Source: Balanoglossus misakiensis (Eukaryota; Animalia; Hemichordata). Taken from it: a stretch of DNA of 64,000 nucleotides. Each line of letters starts with the position of its first letter. Position 1 is the stretch's first letter. The translations under genes were made by a program, and so were the position numbers. The DNA lies in contig CM082598.2 of NCBI GenBank assembly GCA_040954595.2, positions 8,013,097 to 8,077,096 on the forward strand, written 5' to 3'. The notes under the pieces were generated by a model. That model was not told the DNA's origin, searched no databases, and saw only the letters and a program-made list of their open reading frames with translations. This document shows, piece by piece, positions 1 to 13,500 of the stretch.

Positions 1-220
1 TATACCTTTTTATAATTGTAAATACAATGAGATCTGATAGACATAAACTGCAACACAAACAATGCTTTGATAAATAAACACACAAACAGAAATATGCAAA
101 TATATGCTGGTTTTAAAGTTTTTATGCTTCCAGCAATAAATTTGCAGCTGCTATGAACTAACCCAGAATTCCCCACTTCAGTCATTAATACTCCTGCTTC
201 AATGTCACTTTCCTATCTCT

Positions 221-3200
221 TCAGTAGAAATGCTTTGATGAAAATGTCTGCAAGCTCCTTTTCATCCAATTCTTGAATGCTTTCATATCTAGCAATTCAA
301 GAATGTTTGCTGGCATCTTTTCAAAAGCCTTATGCTTTCGTGCAGGCTTCGATGCAAACAATTCTGCCTGGTGGAATTGCTGTACCAGTGTAAGAACGTC
401 TTCTGTTGTGTTACCTTGTGTGTGCCTTCCTGATGGTCGTCGTACCTGCGTTTCCTTGTCATACTTTTTTGTTACTGACTCTGTAATGTTCTGGCTGAGG
501 GCGACTCTGTTGATTGTTCTCTGTGTGATGTCACCCCTAAAGCTATGTACATCAGTTTTGAATGTTTTATTGTCGTGTTCAATGTCCAAATCCATGGGGT
601 GATTTGTGTCAACCTTTCCTTGCCAATTCACACTTCTGTTCCACGTCAACTGATACACCTTCCTTGGAGTTAGCAAGCAATTGACCTGAGCCAGTAATTC
701 CAAAGTAGCATAGGCATATTTGGGGCAGCTTGACACTTTGTAGTACAAATAAAGAAATTTGCACAGACGCACGATTCTCCCCCCATCTCCCATATGTATA
801 GCATTGTTGTGGTCACGGCGGAGCAGACACAACATCAATGTATTCCGTGTGTAGTTCAGCACCCGATCATCCTGCAGACTCTGCTCCTCTTCTTCAGCAT
901 ATTCTTCATGTAGCCTTTCATGTTTCTTCAAATTTCCTTGCCGAACATACTCGCGGTCACAGTATCTGCATCTATACTTGCTCCTTGGACACTCTAATTT
1001 TGGGACATCACTAACCACATATGTCTTCACAAACTTTCTCGCTTCAGACATAATGTAGTCTTTCTTCTCACCGTTAGAATCAGGATTGCCTGTAAAATGT
1101 TAAACAAAGAAAAATTAATTTGATTATGAATAAAATGACCACAGTATTTGAGTCAATGTCATGATCATCATCATCTTATTATCTCTATAGTTTTCATATC
1201 ATAAGGTGGGATTTGCCTTGACCTACTGAAACACAGGTTATGATACTTGCCTTCAAACACATTACATGATGGTGTGCCTTTCACATCAGCCATACCAAAA
1301 TGCTCCAGGGCACCAGTAACCAGGTATGCATCAGTGTATTTGTCGAGAAGCTCTGCAGAAGCATAGTAATTCTTTGATGGATCACTTGTGACATTTCGTG
1401 AATTGATGGCATTTCTTGCTGCATACAAAGTCCCAATATCCGGACTAGAACTTGTGGAATACAAATGGTTCCAAATAACCTGTTTAAAATACCAAACAAT
1501 ACAGTGATTATGTAATCAATATTTTATCATCAATCAACTCTCTAACTGTGTGGGTTGTAAAATCCAACTTAATACGCAGTTGGATTTTAACAATGAAAAC
1601 CCACACAATTATTTATTAAACATGATTGTGCACACAAAAGTATTATTCGTCTGTTACCGGATAAATTCTAGGTTTGTTTAAAGTCTCACCTTCTTCCACT
1701 CTGCTTGGGCATGGAAGTCTTCAAGTTTTGGTATTAGGCCCTCCAATCGAGTACTTGGACTTCTCCCATCTTTTTTAGTGGACTGTGCCTCCTTGTGACG
1801 TTCAAATGTGAGATAGTCACCTCCACTTAATACCTTAACAGGCTCCATATCATCATCATTATGCCCAGGAACAAAGGTGTGCAGAAACTCTACAATGTCA
1901 ATCATGTCGTCTCCATATTGTTATTCTTGGCAAGAATTCCAAGGTGCTCCTGTATTAAAATGAAAATCAACAGAACAATAAAGTGAGTGGGTTTGTTTAA
2001 ATACAATGGATAGTTCAAAAATATTTTTTTTTACAATATGAAAAATAAGGATAAAGTGTCAAGAATAGTAAAATGATACCGCAAAAGACTTAAAGTTTTG
2101 TGTTTTGATACAATAAAAGGTAATATGTCTTCTCGCTATAACCACATCAAACAATAACACATTTTTACCTTCTCAGATTTTTTCTTTGTACTTTCCATGT
2201 TTTCATGTGGGATAATCTTTTCAACATGGTCACCAAATTTTGCCAGCACTGGGATGTATTGGGTCCAGGTCCAAACAACAAGTAGTGATAACCCATTGAT
2301 CAACAACTGGTGGTCTTCTTCACTCGGCAGGAAATGTGTTAGTGGTACACTACCAATTTCTGCAATTGGTTTGTTGTCTTGGAGATGGTTTCCTGACACC
2401 CGGTTTTTGTACGCAACAATATTGTACAGGTGGTGGTCTTTGGTTTGGTTTGCTTGTGTCATCTGTCTCACCTGGAACCGGATGTCCACATTATCCCCAG
2501 TGAATGAATATCCAGGGTGCATGTTCTTTCTTAGTTGCTGCAGCTGGTGTTCTATATGTCTGCACTGTAAGGCCGATGCAGGGCTTTAACTGCTTTCCGC
2601 CTGCTCAAGCTTGCATTCCAGCGCCCGCTCTTTCCTGTAGTCACCTTCTACATTTTTCTTCCATTCAGGGAGCAGTTTATCATGTTCTTTGCCAAAGTGT
2701 TCCATCATGGTATTGGCACTCTGGTATCCCATACAAACATACTGTGAAGCCAGTCTATCCATAGCCACTTTCTTTAAACCACCTTTCTTGAGAATAACAG
2801 TATACAATCTCCTGACAGTTGTCATGTTATCATTGAATACTGATATCAGTTGTGCAGCTGCAGACATCATGATTTGTGTAGCTCTTTTACCAGTTTTCAC
2901 TTTGTTTCTTGCCTGGTTTTTGTTTTGCACCGCCGTTTTCAATATCATCAGGAGCAGGGGGGGGGGGGGGCGGTCTTCAAATTCATGTAAAAGTTTGTCC
3001 CAACTGAAGTCGAGCAGACTGTCAACACCTGTTATCAAAAAAACGCAGTGAAAGGCAAACATTACACATATATCCTTGCATAAAAATAGAAGTGGCATAT
3101 CACTTTCAAATAACATCAGTTATTAACGGGACGACTTTCTTATTCTGACATGTGTGTTGTGTTATAATTGTTAAAATATACATTTTAATATCGGCATATT

Positions 3201-4871
3201 AGTGTTGAAGTTTGCTAACACAACCAATTCACGGGAATCCAGGGGAGATAACTTCAGATATGCAAATCTGACTTTTCGAAAGTTAGGCTAGTAACATGAA
3301 GATTGACAGGCATTCTTTGTCTAGAGACTTTCAGCATGATGGTCAACTATGGCTTCCAAAGACTTACATAGGAAAGTTGATAGATAGAACAAAAGAAATC
3401 ACCACACAAGTGGCATTGTCTTTTTTTATTTCCATTCCTTTGAGTAAAAAAATTACAATCGTGCATTTTTAGCAAAACGAGAAAGAGAACAGAAATTTTG
3501 GAAAATAAACCAGATTTTCATAAATTTTAAGTATAGAGCTAACAGAAAATATATAAGGTGTAGGAGAAAACCAGAAATATAAGGAAAAATAATCGATTGA
3601 AAACAAGTGTCATTAAAACTTCATCTTAACCTTAAAAATAAATGAACCTTACCTGTGTATCTTAACAAGGAGGGATTTGTCACTGAACACAAACCAGTTA
3701 TTTCTCCGTTGATGTTACTACAGAGTTGTTTCAGAACAGCATCTGTCAAATCACCTCCCCCGAGAATTTTTTGGCCACATTTTCTTTCGAGGACGATACA
3801 ATTTTCTTCACCAGATTTTTCTCGTTGCCTTTTGGTTTGTATATTCGGGTGCCCGAGTTCACATACTTTAACGCCACCTACAATGTTATAATAAAGAACT
3901 AAAACTAACCAACGAATAACTATACAGTTTTATATGACAAATGACACAGTACCGTTCAATAATTTTTCGATGATAAATATAGTGCGTGTTTATGAAAAAG
4001 TAAACGAGGCTCACCAGAACATCGTCGTCTGCTAATTTTGATCCAGCTGTATCACTTCCTGTCGACGCTTCGTCGGGCGCGCCCGGGCACCTTCGACGTT
4101 ACGCTCATCGGTGTTCCCGTCGACGGTTCATTGGGCACCTTCGACGTTACGCTCATCGGTGTTCCCGTCGACGGTTCATTGGGCACCTTCGACGTTACAC
4201 TTATCGGTATTGCCTACATGTCACAAGGACCAAAAATGATACATTTAATGGGCCGTTACTTTGCTACTTTGTTCGCAAATTACTATATTAAATATCGGAA
4301 ATTTGTTTCCAGGACATCGGATGCTTTCCAACAATCGTACAATCGTTGGTTATGAACAGAACTGAACACTAACGTCACAAAAACATGGCCCATCTCACAA
4401 ATATAACTTTTTTGCAAAACAAATTAAAATAAAACTCACCAGAACATCATCGTTACCGGGTGCACTAGGCCTTGTCGGCGCCGCGTCAAACACTACTCTC
4501 TTACAAGCTCGAGCTCCGTGATTATCGTACGGAATAACGCGTTTGAGCACTTCTTTCTTCTTCCCATTTCTGCACTTACTTGCTCTAAAAAGTTGGCGAA
4601 AGTTCTCCAAATTCTTGGTTAGGGTAACCGCCTTGTCTCTGCAGGATCTGCAGCAAACATGGGTCTGCAGAAAGGGATCCAAACTTTCCCCGACGATGTA
4701 CTCAATTTCACCGCAGTATTGCGTTTTCTTCCCCTCGTGATAGAGTCGACGGCGATTAGCAGGCTTTGCGACGCACAAGCCACAAACAACACATAGAATG
4801 TTTTGAGATTTTGGTGAAATTACTGAATTTGTGCTTACTTTGGTAGGAGTTGCGACCTCGGAGTTTGACAT
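221..4871 (-). pseudogene. Multi-exon AcademH/DUF6589-like DDE transposase with N-terminal C2C2 zinc motif and internal C2H2 finger
   Basis: GT-AG exons at about 4440-4871, 4015-4217, 3653-3878, 2170-3028, 1690-1950, 1230-1480 and 221-1090. Motifs: CVVC..CRSC, GDNVD, GGDYLT, EDFH, CRYC..H..H, PKYAY, WNRSVN, DLDIEHDN. In-frame TAA at 2586-2588 and probable small frameshifts. Confidence 0.8.
4085..4210. repeat. 48-bp minisatellite (~2.6 copies) within a putative transposase exon
   Basis: Unit gggcaccttcgacgttacgctcatcggtgttcccgtcgacggttcatt; on the minus strand it reads as a 16-aa repeat SVTSKVPNEPSTGTPM. Confidence 0.9.
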
Positions 4872-5070
4872 ACTTTCTGAACTTCATAATATAAACATTG
4901 CCACGCGACCGGCACGCGATTTTCTCGGGCACGCGAGCTCCACGCGAGCGCGCTCATACGTTTAAACTTTAACTCCGCCCATTTATTTAAATCATAACTG
5001 CATATTCATGAGATGACGTCGACATGAATAATTCATAGCAACTGGAATGCAGCAAGGTATACAAGTCTAT

Positions 5071-5697
5071 GGGCCAACACAATCCCTACACATACATACG
5101 CGCCCATACACGCTGACGTCTACTCCACACACGGTACATAGAGAAATTCGGAACAAGTTTTTAAAAATGTATTTATTATAAAATAATGATGCCCTTAGAC
5201 TTGGAGCAAGTCTAGTTGAAGAGGTACAGTGTGAGGACAGTGAAGATGAAATCGAGTGTGAAAGCCAATCTGACGAAGATGACAATTTGAACGATATTTA
5301 TTCATTAACACACTGTGTCCCCTTTAAAGTGATAGGTGTTTTGAAAAAAAAAATATATCAAGATATACTTGAGGAACTGTCAGAACTTTATGTAGATTTA
5401 CTACGTAACATTAGGGTAAGACTGAAACCCGAACCAGAAAACGAAATAGACAACGATGACATTTTATTTCAGGTTTATTTTAATAATAATTGGCGACCAA
5501 TAGGTTATATTGTCAAGGAAATCACAAAGTATGTTCATCCAGCAATCAACAATAACTTAATTATCTCAATAAAATTAGAATGGGTGGATTATTTAACTTG
5601 TTGGAGGAACTCAGGGGTGGGTTATTTTACATCTGTTTTAATTGAAAAGAAGGGGGAGTGGCCACAAGAAGTTTTACGAGTTTGTAGTACCAGGTAG
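5071..5697 (+). pseudogene. HIRAN-like domain protein, 5'-truncated by the AcademH insertion
   Basis: Frame is open from 5071 apart from one TAA at 5179. An acidic linker precedes FKVIG...VRLKPEPENEIDNDDILF...WRPIGYI, which resembles the HIRAN signature L.xEP.N.xD..A....IGY. Confidence 0.6.
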
Positions 5698-6795
5698 GAA
5701 GTAGAGATTTTATTTTGGGATTATTTTATATTAGCTAAGTTCATTCCTGGTTGTTATCATCCTTTTCTTCCAAATAAATATGCCGTGTTGGCAACTGGGA
5801 AGAATCATGACACATGGTCTTGGTTTCCTGGTTTCTAGTTTTGCCTGTGATAGACATGTCAGTTACTTGCAGATATTTTGGCCAGGGTTACAGAAAAATA
5901 TGATATTCTAATCACAGGGATAAGGGAAATGTTTAAATAAAGGGAACAGTGCAATAATGATTTTTAAAATTAGAACAGATACTGTATTTATTATATTCTA
6001 TTATATTACATGGACATGTATTTCATTAAAATATCTTTGGCTTTAGCTGGATAAATAAATAAATATAATTACTAATTTTCATTCAAACAGTTTCTTGTCT
6101 GGTGTACGATTACAGTTTGACTGTTGAATGCACAATACATGATTCAAAATGAGATTGCTATTAGAAGAGAAAAAAATACAATATAAATTACAGCTTTATA
6201 TGTATAGGAATGCACATCAATATATCATGTTTATAGTGAAAATGTTCATTTCACTGAGAACATTTCTTTACAGATCCAATAGACTCTCAATAGACACCAT
6301 TGTATGGTGTTACATTTGACAAGGGGGCTTAGGCATTGTGTGAATATTATTATGGAATTGTGTGCGTATTGTTTGTGCACCATGGACTCTTGGCTCTTCC
6401 TGGAATGACTGCAGCAAGAACGTTTCTTCTTGGCACTCTATGTTGCTGCAATAAGCGTGCTGGTTTATTGTCAGATCTTGGCAGATCAAATGATGGCAGA
6501 GGATCCGTAGAATAACATTCATTGTCAGATGTGTAATAGTAAAAAGGTAGATTTGAATCCAATCGCCGAGAATGTACTTCTAGTGGGGCAGTTAACCTAC
6601 AAATCGTGCACTTTGGGTTAAAAGCATGAAACTTGGTACACTTATGCATTGACCCATGGCGGCCATTTTATGATATGGATACAAAATGACAGCGCCCTCT
6701 TGTGGCCAGAAACTGACATTCATACTTAAAAACCCTGCACTTCGGGTTAAAAGCCTGACACTTGGTACACTTATGCATTGACCCATGGCGGCAAT

Positions 6796-8924
6796 ACATG
6801 AATTTACACATCCAGAGAGCCCCAATGAATCATGGGAAATAAAGCGGGGTCACGGGGTCATTCGTGCCAAAACTCTGCAAAGCGTGAGTGGTGTTCTATG
6901 GCAGCGCATTCGTATCGGGGCAAGTTTCAACATAGCGCTGGGTCACGATACGCATTTTTCTACAAACAATCAGGTAAAAAGCATTATTATACATCTAGTG
7001 CCGAGAACAATAGATTTTGGCGTGCAATAAAAAGCCGTACGGAACGGTACGTACGGAACGCGCGTTAAATAAGCCTTAGTTTCAAGGCGCCCCAAACTCA
7101 CCGTGTACAGGTATGCGCTGTTATGCGAACGGTTTCAAGGCGCCCGCATTCCAACGCACGTGCGCACACGTAAACAAAAAACAAAGATGGCTGCTCACTG
7201 AGTCAACTGAGCGGTTTTCGATCGATTGTATCGGCATTTTGGGCGTTTTGAAAGCCAAGTAACATGCAACACAAGAACTAACGGAGATGTAAGATGTATA
7301 ATAATAAGGTTATTACGAAAATACCGCAAAGTATGCACTCGGACATTAGCGCAGCGCATCGCCCTCCGCTACGCGTCGGGCGATACTCAGCGCTAATGTC
7401 CTCGTGCATACTTTGCGGTATTTTCGTAATAACCTCATAATATCATGAACACAGCTATATCGACTATAACTTATTTTTTCGGAATATGATCCTTATCTCA
7501 CAGCGAAATTTGTTTTTTCGTCATCTTGTGAACTCTTTCTAGCGCGGCGCGATTTGTTTATTCCACCGGGGAGGGAGTTTATCATTCAGCCGTGGAGGTG
7601 GAAGGGTAATACAACTTGAACAGGGTTCCACAACAAAACAGATGCTGCTACGGACTCGTCTCCTAAACAAACTCAGCCCCTCAGTAGGCTTTCGTTGACA
7701 ACAAACTGTCTTGTAGAGACGATTGTGATCGATCGCATGCCGTGGCGTGCTGATCGCTCTGTTGCTAATTTCGCGATCAAAACCCCGATCGCCTTGTATA
7801 CGACCCAACTCCCAAGCGACTGTACGTGATCAAAACAAATATTCACTTGATTTTTTTTGCCACACAAACTGCCATGGGAACTCATCTTTGGCGGTTTAAT
7901 AAATGCAATTTGTGTTTTCATGTAGGGACAGCTAAAATGTTAGGATAATAAGCAAAACGGCTTGATTTTTGCAGCAATGACTGACGAAGTGGCGAAATAG
8001 ATTTGAACAGTTTGCTCACTCCGATCTTCGGCCCGACTACCCCCTGGACCCTAGTGTGGTTTAGTTATCAGGGGCATGGCTGGAATGACTGTTCATTTTA
8101 ATAATCATTGCAAACCTGGAAAACCGCGATGTACATGAGCAAAGCGAAAAAAAAACACGAGTCTGGATACTATACTACTCCACTGTGCATGACGATAGGA
8201 TAGGGAAACTGTAGTCGAGGTGCATATTTATATACGCAAGCTTAGCTACTAGTACAACAATTAACGTGTTGATTGTAGGAAATGTAAGGCACAGGTCGTA
8301 TACTAGTACTCCGTTTTCAAGAAGACCAATTTTTAAAAATAACAATATTCATGAAAAGTATTTTGCTTGACTTGGAGCCCTAATCCGCTGTTTGCGGTGT
8401 GAACAATGCGGCAGACTGAGCAGCGGAGCCGCCGCCGGGGATCTCCGCGGCTCCGGTGCAGTGCAAGGCCGAGTTGTCTGGATGACTGTGGTATATATTT
8501 CAATGAAATTGATAAACATCAGTTTTTAATGACCGATCATCTTGACAAAATATTATTTCCTTCGAAAGTCACATTTTTTTTTATAAATAAACACCTTTGG
8601 GAAATGTGCATACCTACTGCATTGCGACACTTTGAACAACGAACAGCACAAGATGACGAAAAACAAATTTCGCTGTGAGATAAGGATCATATTCCGAAAA
8701 AATAAGTTATAGTCGATATAGCTGTGTTCATGATATTGCTTTTTACGTGATTGTTTGTAGAAAAATGCGTATCGTGACCCAGCGCTATGTTGAAACTTGC
8801 CCCGATACGAATGCGCTGCCATAGAACACCACTCACGCTTTGCAGAGTTTTGGCACGAATGACCCCGTGACCCCGCTTTATTTCCCATGATTCATTGGGG
8901 CTCTCTGGATGTGTAAATTCATGT
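6796..8924. mobile_element. Unclassified non-autonomous element with ~290-bp TIRs, nested in the Academ element
   Basis: Left arm 6796-6984 plus 7441-7530 is the reverse complement of 8645-8924. Possible 2-bp AT TSD; it interrupts an Academ subterminal repeat unit. Confidence 0.7.
6985..7440. mobile_element. Crypton-like non-autonomous element (terminal/subterminal IR plus terminal hairpin)
   Basis: 14-bp IR attattatacatct (6983-6996) / agatgtataataat (7292-7305), followed by a ~130-bp palindrome at 7307-7435 centred on cgctacgcg. It interrupts the left TIR of the enclosing element. The Crypton assignment is by architecture only. Confidence 0.55.
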
Positions 8925-10476
8925 ATTTTATGATATGGATCCAAAATGACAGCGCCCTCTTGTGGCCAGAAACTGACATTCACACTTTTCCCCATTAATG
9001 GCACTTTTTGGTCATTTGTAACACTCAGAAACATGAATGTGGGTTGTAAAACATGCTTGCTACCATACATTCATGTGTATATTATCCTAATCCTGATATA
9101 CATGTATCACATCAATCTTGATGACACCTTCCTTCACAGTAACATTGACCACTGCTGTCAGACTAGACCTAAAGCACCTACAGAAACAGGTGCATGACTT
9201 TTTGCAACTGATTTCCTGAGGTTGACTATTTTCTTCGGCTTGACTAAGAGTTGTCCAACTTGATTTCCACTGGGATTCTGTTGGTTTGATATAGCTTTGC
9301 TAGGTTTCTCAGAGCACATGTTCTTTAGGAGCTGCCTGTATTCTCGAGAACCCATGACTTTCTGGAGAAAAGGTGTTGTCTTACCCCTTTGCATGACTTT
9401 GTGTATTCAACTAGTTCTGTTATTTCGAAGAACAAATTGTTCAATTAGTTACATACAAGATTGATCTGATACATGTACATCAGGATTAGGATAATATTCA
9501 AAGGAATGTATGGCAGCAAGCATGTTTTACAACCCACATTCCTGTCTCTGAGTGTTAAACTTTCCAAAAAAGTGTCATTAATGGGGGGAAAAGTGTAAAT
9601 GTCAGTTTGTAGCCACTAGAGGGCGCTTTGGGGATCCATATTAGAAAATGTCCGCCATGGGTCACTGAATAATTGTACCAAATTTCATGCTTTTAACCCG
9701 AAGTGCACAATTTAAAAGTATGAATGTCTGTTTCTGGCCACTAGAGGGCGCTGTCATTTTGGATCCATATCAGAAAATGGCCGCCATGGGTCAATGCATA
9801 AGTGTACCAAGTTTCATGCTTTTAACCCAAAGTGCACAATTATGCCAAAATTTGGGGTTTAGGTCCTGCACTATTCACAAAGATGTGGAAAATACTGCTT
9901 CCAGTCTTTGAGTGTGAAACAGTCGCCGAGATGCTGATGAGCTGTAGAGAAGAAACCTTCGACATCATCTGTTGTTGATGCCCTTGGGTGTTCTGGTGAT
10001 GAACTGCTGTGCCGTCGTCTTTCTTGGTCACATATGTTAGCAAATATGCCAACAAGAATCTCCCGTGTAAATCCACAAGCAGACCACTTCCTGAAAAAAG
10101 AGAACACAAGCAAGTAGAATAAGAAAAAGCACCAACTGCTGTGAAACACAACTGAATAATCATGTGATCATTATGGTCAATGAGGAGTAAATACTATAAC
10201 GACTGAAAATTTTTTCATGCTTACATGTTCACATCAATGGTAGATAAATCTAAGTATTTCCGGTGCCATGGTAACAGCTCATCCAGAATATACCTGTACA
10301 TGTTCATATTAGCTTCTCGTCTTTCATCTTGTGTCATACCCCTGCCATCACTTGCCCTGTGCCACTGTGCAATAGTATAAACATGTTCGTATTCTGGTTG
10401 GTACCTGTAGAAGGAAGATAAATAAAACATGGACTGTAAAATTCAACTTAATGAAATTGTGAAAATTTCCTGATTA

Positions 10477-10578
10477 CAGTAAAACCTGTCTATTAAGGAC
10501 ACCTCTGGGACTTGAAAATCTGTCCTTAATAGAGAGGTGTTCTTATTAGAGAGGTGTCCGTTATGACAGGTTTCACTG
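10477..10578. mobile_element. Tc1/mariner-pogo type MITE in intron
   Basis: TA|CAGTAAAACCTGTC...GACAGGTTTCACTG|TA. Confidence 0.85.
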
Positions 10579-13500
10579 TAACCCACCTCATCCACAGTCT
10601 GTGCTCTCATTTGTCAAATGATAGTCACATGGTATACGTTTTTTGTTGTTGTGCTGATCCAAACAACTTCTTCAGGCATCAGTTCTGAAAAATGATGCCT
10701 GCTCACTTCAAAAACAATATACATGTATATAATGTGTAAAAATTGACTGCAGGTCTAACAAAACATAACATAGCCGTGACTCAATAACCAGTTTGCAACT
10801 TGTAAGTTAAGGAGCTTCTCACAATCTCCAACACACTGCTTGTTTGAACCTGTCAATGCGTCATCAGTGATACCTGTTGATGGATCATCTGCAGCTTCTT
10901 TCAGACGCTTCATCTTAAAACCACGCTTCTTTGGCCCACCTTGCCTGGTTGAATCTGCAATTCTCTGTAAAATAAAAAATAGCAAGCTTATCAATTGTGA
11001 CAATCAAAAAAACAAAAATTAAATATTAAAATATTTTCATGTCTTATGGCTTTAATTTGACTGACCAATAAAAAAAAATTAAAATACAAGTATATTTGTG
11101 ATGATACTTTTTATGTATGTACTACTTCACATGAAATCCACTAAGCATTCTCAAAATAACTTTTTTTAACATTTTACTATAAGGAAAAAATCCATGGCAA
11201 AGAAATTTGAAACAAAGTACATGTACCTGCAGACTTTACACTCCTCTATACCCTACCTTAAAAATATGGTTTTGATCTTCCCTCTCTCCAAACTTTGCCT
11301 GTGTAATAGGATGTACCTCAGCTACATAGAAATTTCCCCTGAAGTTAATGCCATCCTCAGTATAATCACTAACTAACTTTGCAAATTTGTACTGAGCTAA
11401 GACTGATCTCAACTTTTCTACTAGATTCTCACTATGACCTAAATATAAAACAAATCATACACTACTATCATTTGATGACAAGTACATTTAACCTTATTTT
11501 TATCTGTATAAGCAATGTAATTTCTCATGCTATGAAATTATATAAAACAAGATTAGTTATTAGACCCATTGAAAGTTGATTAAGGTCTAGACAACACAAG
11601 TTCAAACTTAATGACCTTAATTATCACATCTGTAATACACTGTGATGCTGTTTTACATATACCCTCAGAATGGAGCAAATGTTGATTTAAGAAACCAAAT
11701 TGAAGTTGAATCATTGCAAACACGTAAAATTCTAATAAAAAATTGTCCTCTTCTCTCATCTAAAGTGTAATGGTTCCTACCCTTGGTATTATATGTGACA
11801 TACCTGGTCTCCAGGTTTCTTGCATATAGGTCTGTGTTTTCCACATCGGATGAAAATCAGGGTCATTATGATCCCTGTCTCTCCATACTTGAGGTACTTG
11901 GCTAACCCGTAAAAGAGAAGCTATCTGATGAACGTCCATCCCTTGTTCCTGACATAAAACAATACGTTGGATGGCTTTTTCAGGCAGATATGGGTTGTTT
12001 GCTTTGGGACGGAGACTTCCATCAGGACAGACTATTGAAAGAGATGACAAGATGATCTTCAAATCCGCATTCTACATGATTTGTTAGTTTTCAAATGATT
12101 CTTATTCAGGAACATAACAAACAGTATATTATTATACAGTATACATGTATTATTATACTGCCAAGCAATGAAAACAAAAATGATATGGCAGTTATTGTGC
12201 TTGTTTCAAATGTATAGAGGACAAGAATTACTCAGGCAATGTTTAATGACTGTGTTAATGCCAACGTATGTGATTATACTCTGCAGTACAATTTATTTTC
12301 TTTATGGTAATAACACCAGAAGGTCAAAAATGTTATTATTTTACCTTCAACTGTTAGCATTTTAACCATTTCCTCAACAGGCTTTCTTTTAAACTCTGCT
12401 TTGGCCTCCTTTTGCAAGGCCCAAATTGAGATTGGGCGACTCCTTCCAGTTGTTCTTAATGAATTGAACTCTCCATCTGTCACTAAACCTACAGGGTCAG
12501 GAAAAATATCATATAAGAAGAAGAAATTACTTATGGAGAATGGTTCCATTGTATCTTTGGAATAAACTGAAAGATTAGCTTGAGTTCGAGCAGTACATCC
12601 CAACACACAACCCCAACCATAAATCAAAGTTTAGAGTGTGTAATGTCTGCTCCAGCAAAATTTTATGGAATCAATTGTATGCACGACTGAGTTATTTTTT
12701 CAGCATACCACCAACACAGTTCAATAAAAATATAGTTTTATCTAAATTAACTGAACTGTTGACTTACCAAGAACTTCAAGACCTTTGTCATGGAGAGCTT
12801 GTACAACCTTGTCACATTCATCTCTCAATCTGACATCTGTCAACGATTTGTATGCAAACCACTTCACTGGCAGAGCATATGGCTTGAACTGGCGGAATTC
12901 ATCAGACACCATCCAAACAAAGACATGGCTGGCAGGCACGCAACGTTTTCTCATGACTCCCTTTTGCAGCGTCACTAGAGTTTCTCTAATACTGGTTAAT
13001 CGTTGTGACAAGTCAGGAATCGTATGCAGGATGTTATCATCTATGTCACTGCAAACCATAGCTGCTCCAAGTATATCAATTTCACCATCACCAGTGATGT
13101 CTTTCAGGATGGATTTAATATTCTGGAGAACTGCTTCACAACAATCCACTATGTGTGAAAATTCTACCATATCCCACTGGATAGCTCTTATTTTGGTCTC
13201 ATTCTTAATTTTGCCGCTGGTGATTTTCTCATTTTCTTTCTTTGATGCACTCACGCCTATCAAAATATAAAATAGGAAGTGATTTCTTTGTGAAATTATA
13301 AAAATGTGGTTTGGTAATGAAAAAATACATAGATACAAATAGTTACAATTAAAAATGCAAAAAAGCAATTTTTTTAAGTCTTAACTATCACTGCACCAAC
13401 CTTTCTTGGCAAACAGTAGGTCATTTTCAATATCATGCTTCAAATTGAGAAGATCTTCTACGATAGCCTTCACATTTCGCCTTGTTCCAAGGCCGGTCTT

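Larger units (their letters stand above)
1..5069 (-). mobile_element. AcademH-type DNA transposon (right portion; continues left of window)
   Basis: Contains a spliced DUF6589/AcademH-like transposase. The putative terminus reads TAGACTTGTATACC on the minus strand and ends at 5069, where it cuts into an unrelated ORF. The other end and the TSD lie outside the window. Confidence 0.65.
6581..9873. mobile_element. Non-autonomous Academ (AcademX-type) element with 3-bp TSD TTC
   Basis: Termini TAGTG...CACTA with long subterminal inverted/tandem repeats; TTC at 6578-6580 and 9874-9876. Removal restores ...PHLCEVHSRR... in the host transposase. A minus-strand remnant at ~9120-9350 encodes a Cys-rich CKKSC..CRC..L.C..CYCEGRC tail typical of AcademX. 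Confidence 0.85.

Noticed and set aside
221-1051. Stand-alone C2H2 zinc-finger transcription factor
   Set aside because: It is the last exon of the spliced transposase and has only one finger.
4085-4210. CRISPR-like array
   Set aside because: The units are contiguous with no unique spacers, the context is eukaryotic and there are no cas genes. The same applies to the 127-bp and 29-bp arrays.
6785-9070. Duplicated small genes (MGNKAGSRGH..., ...WEIKRGHGVIRAK...)
   Set aside because: They are mirror ORFs produced by the two arms of an inverted repeat and show no recognisable domain.
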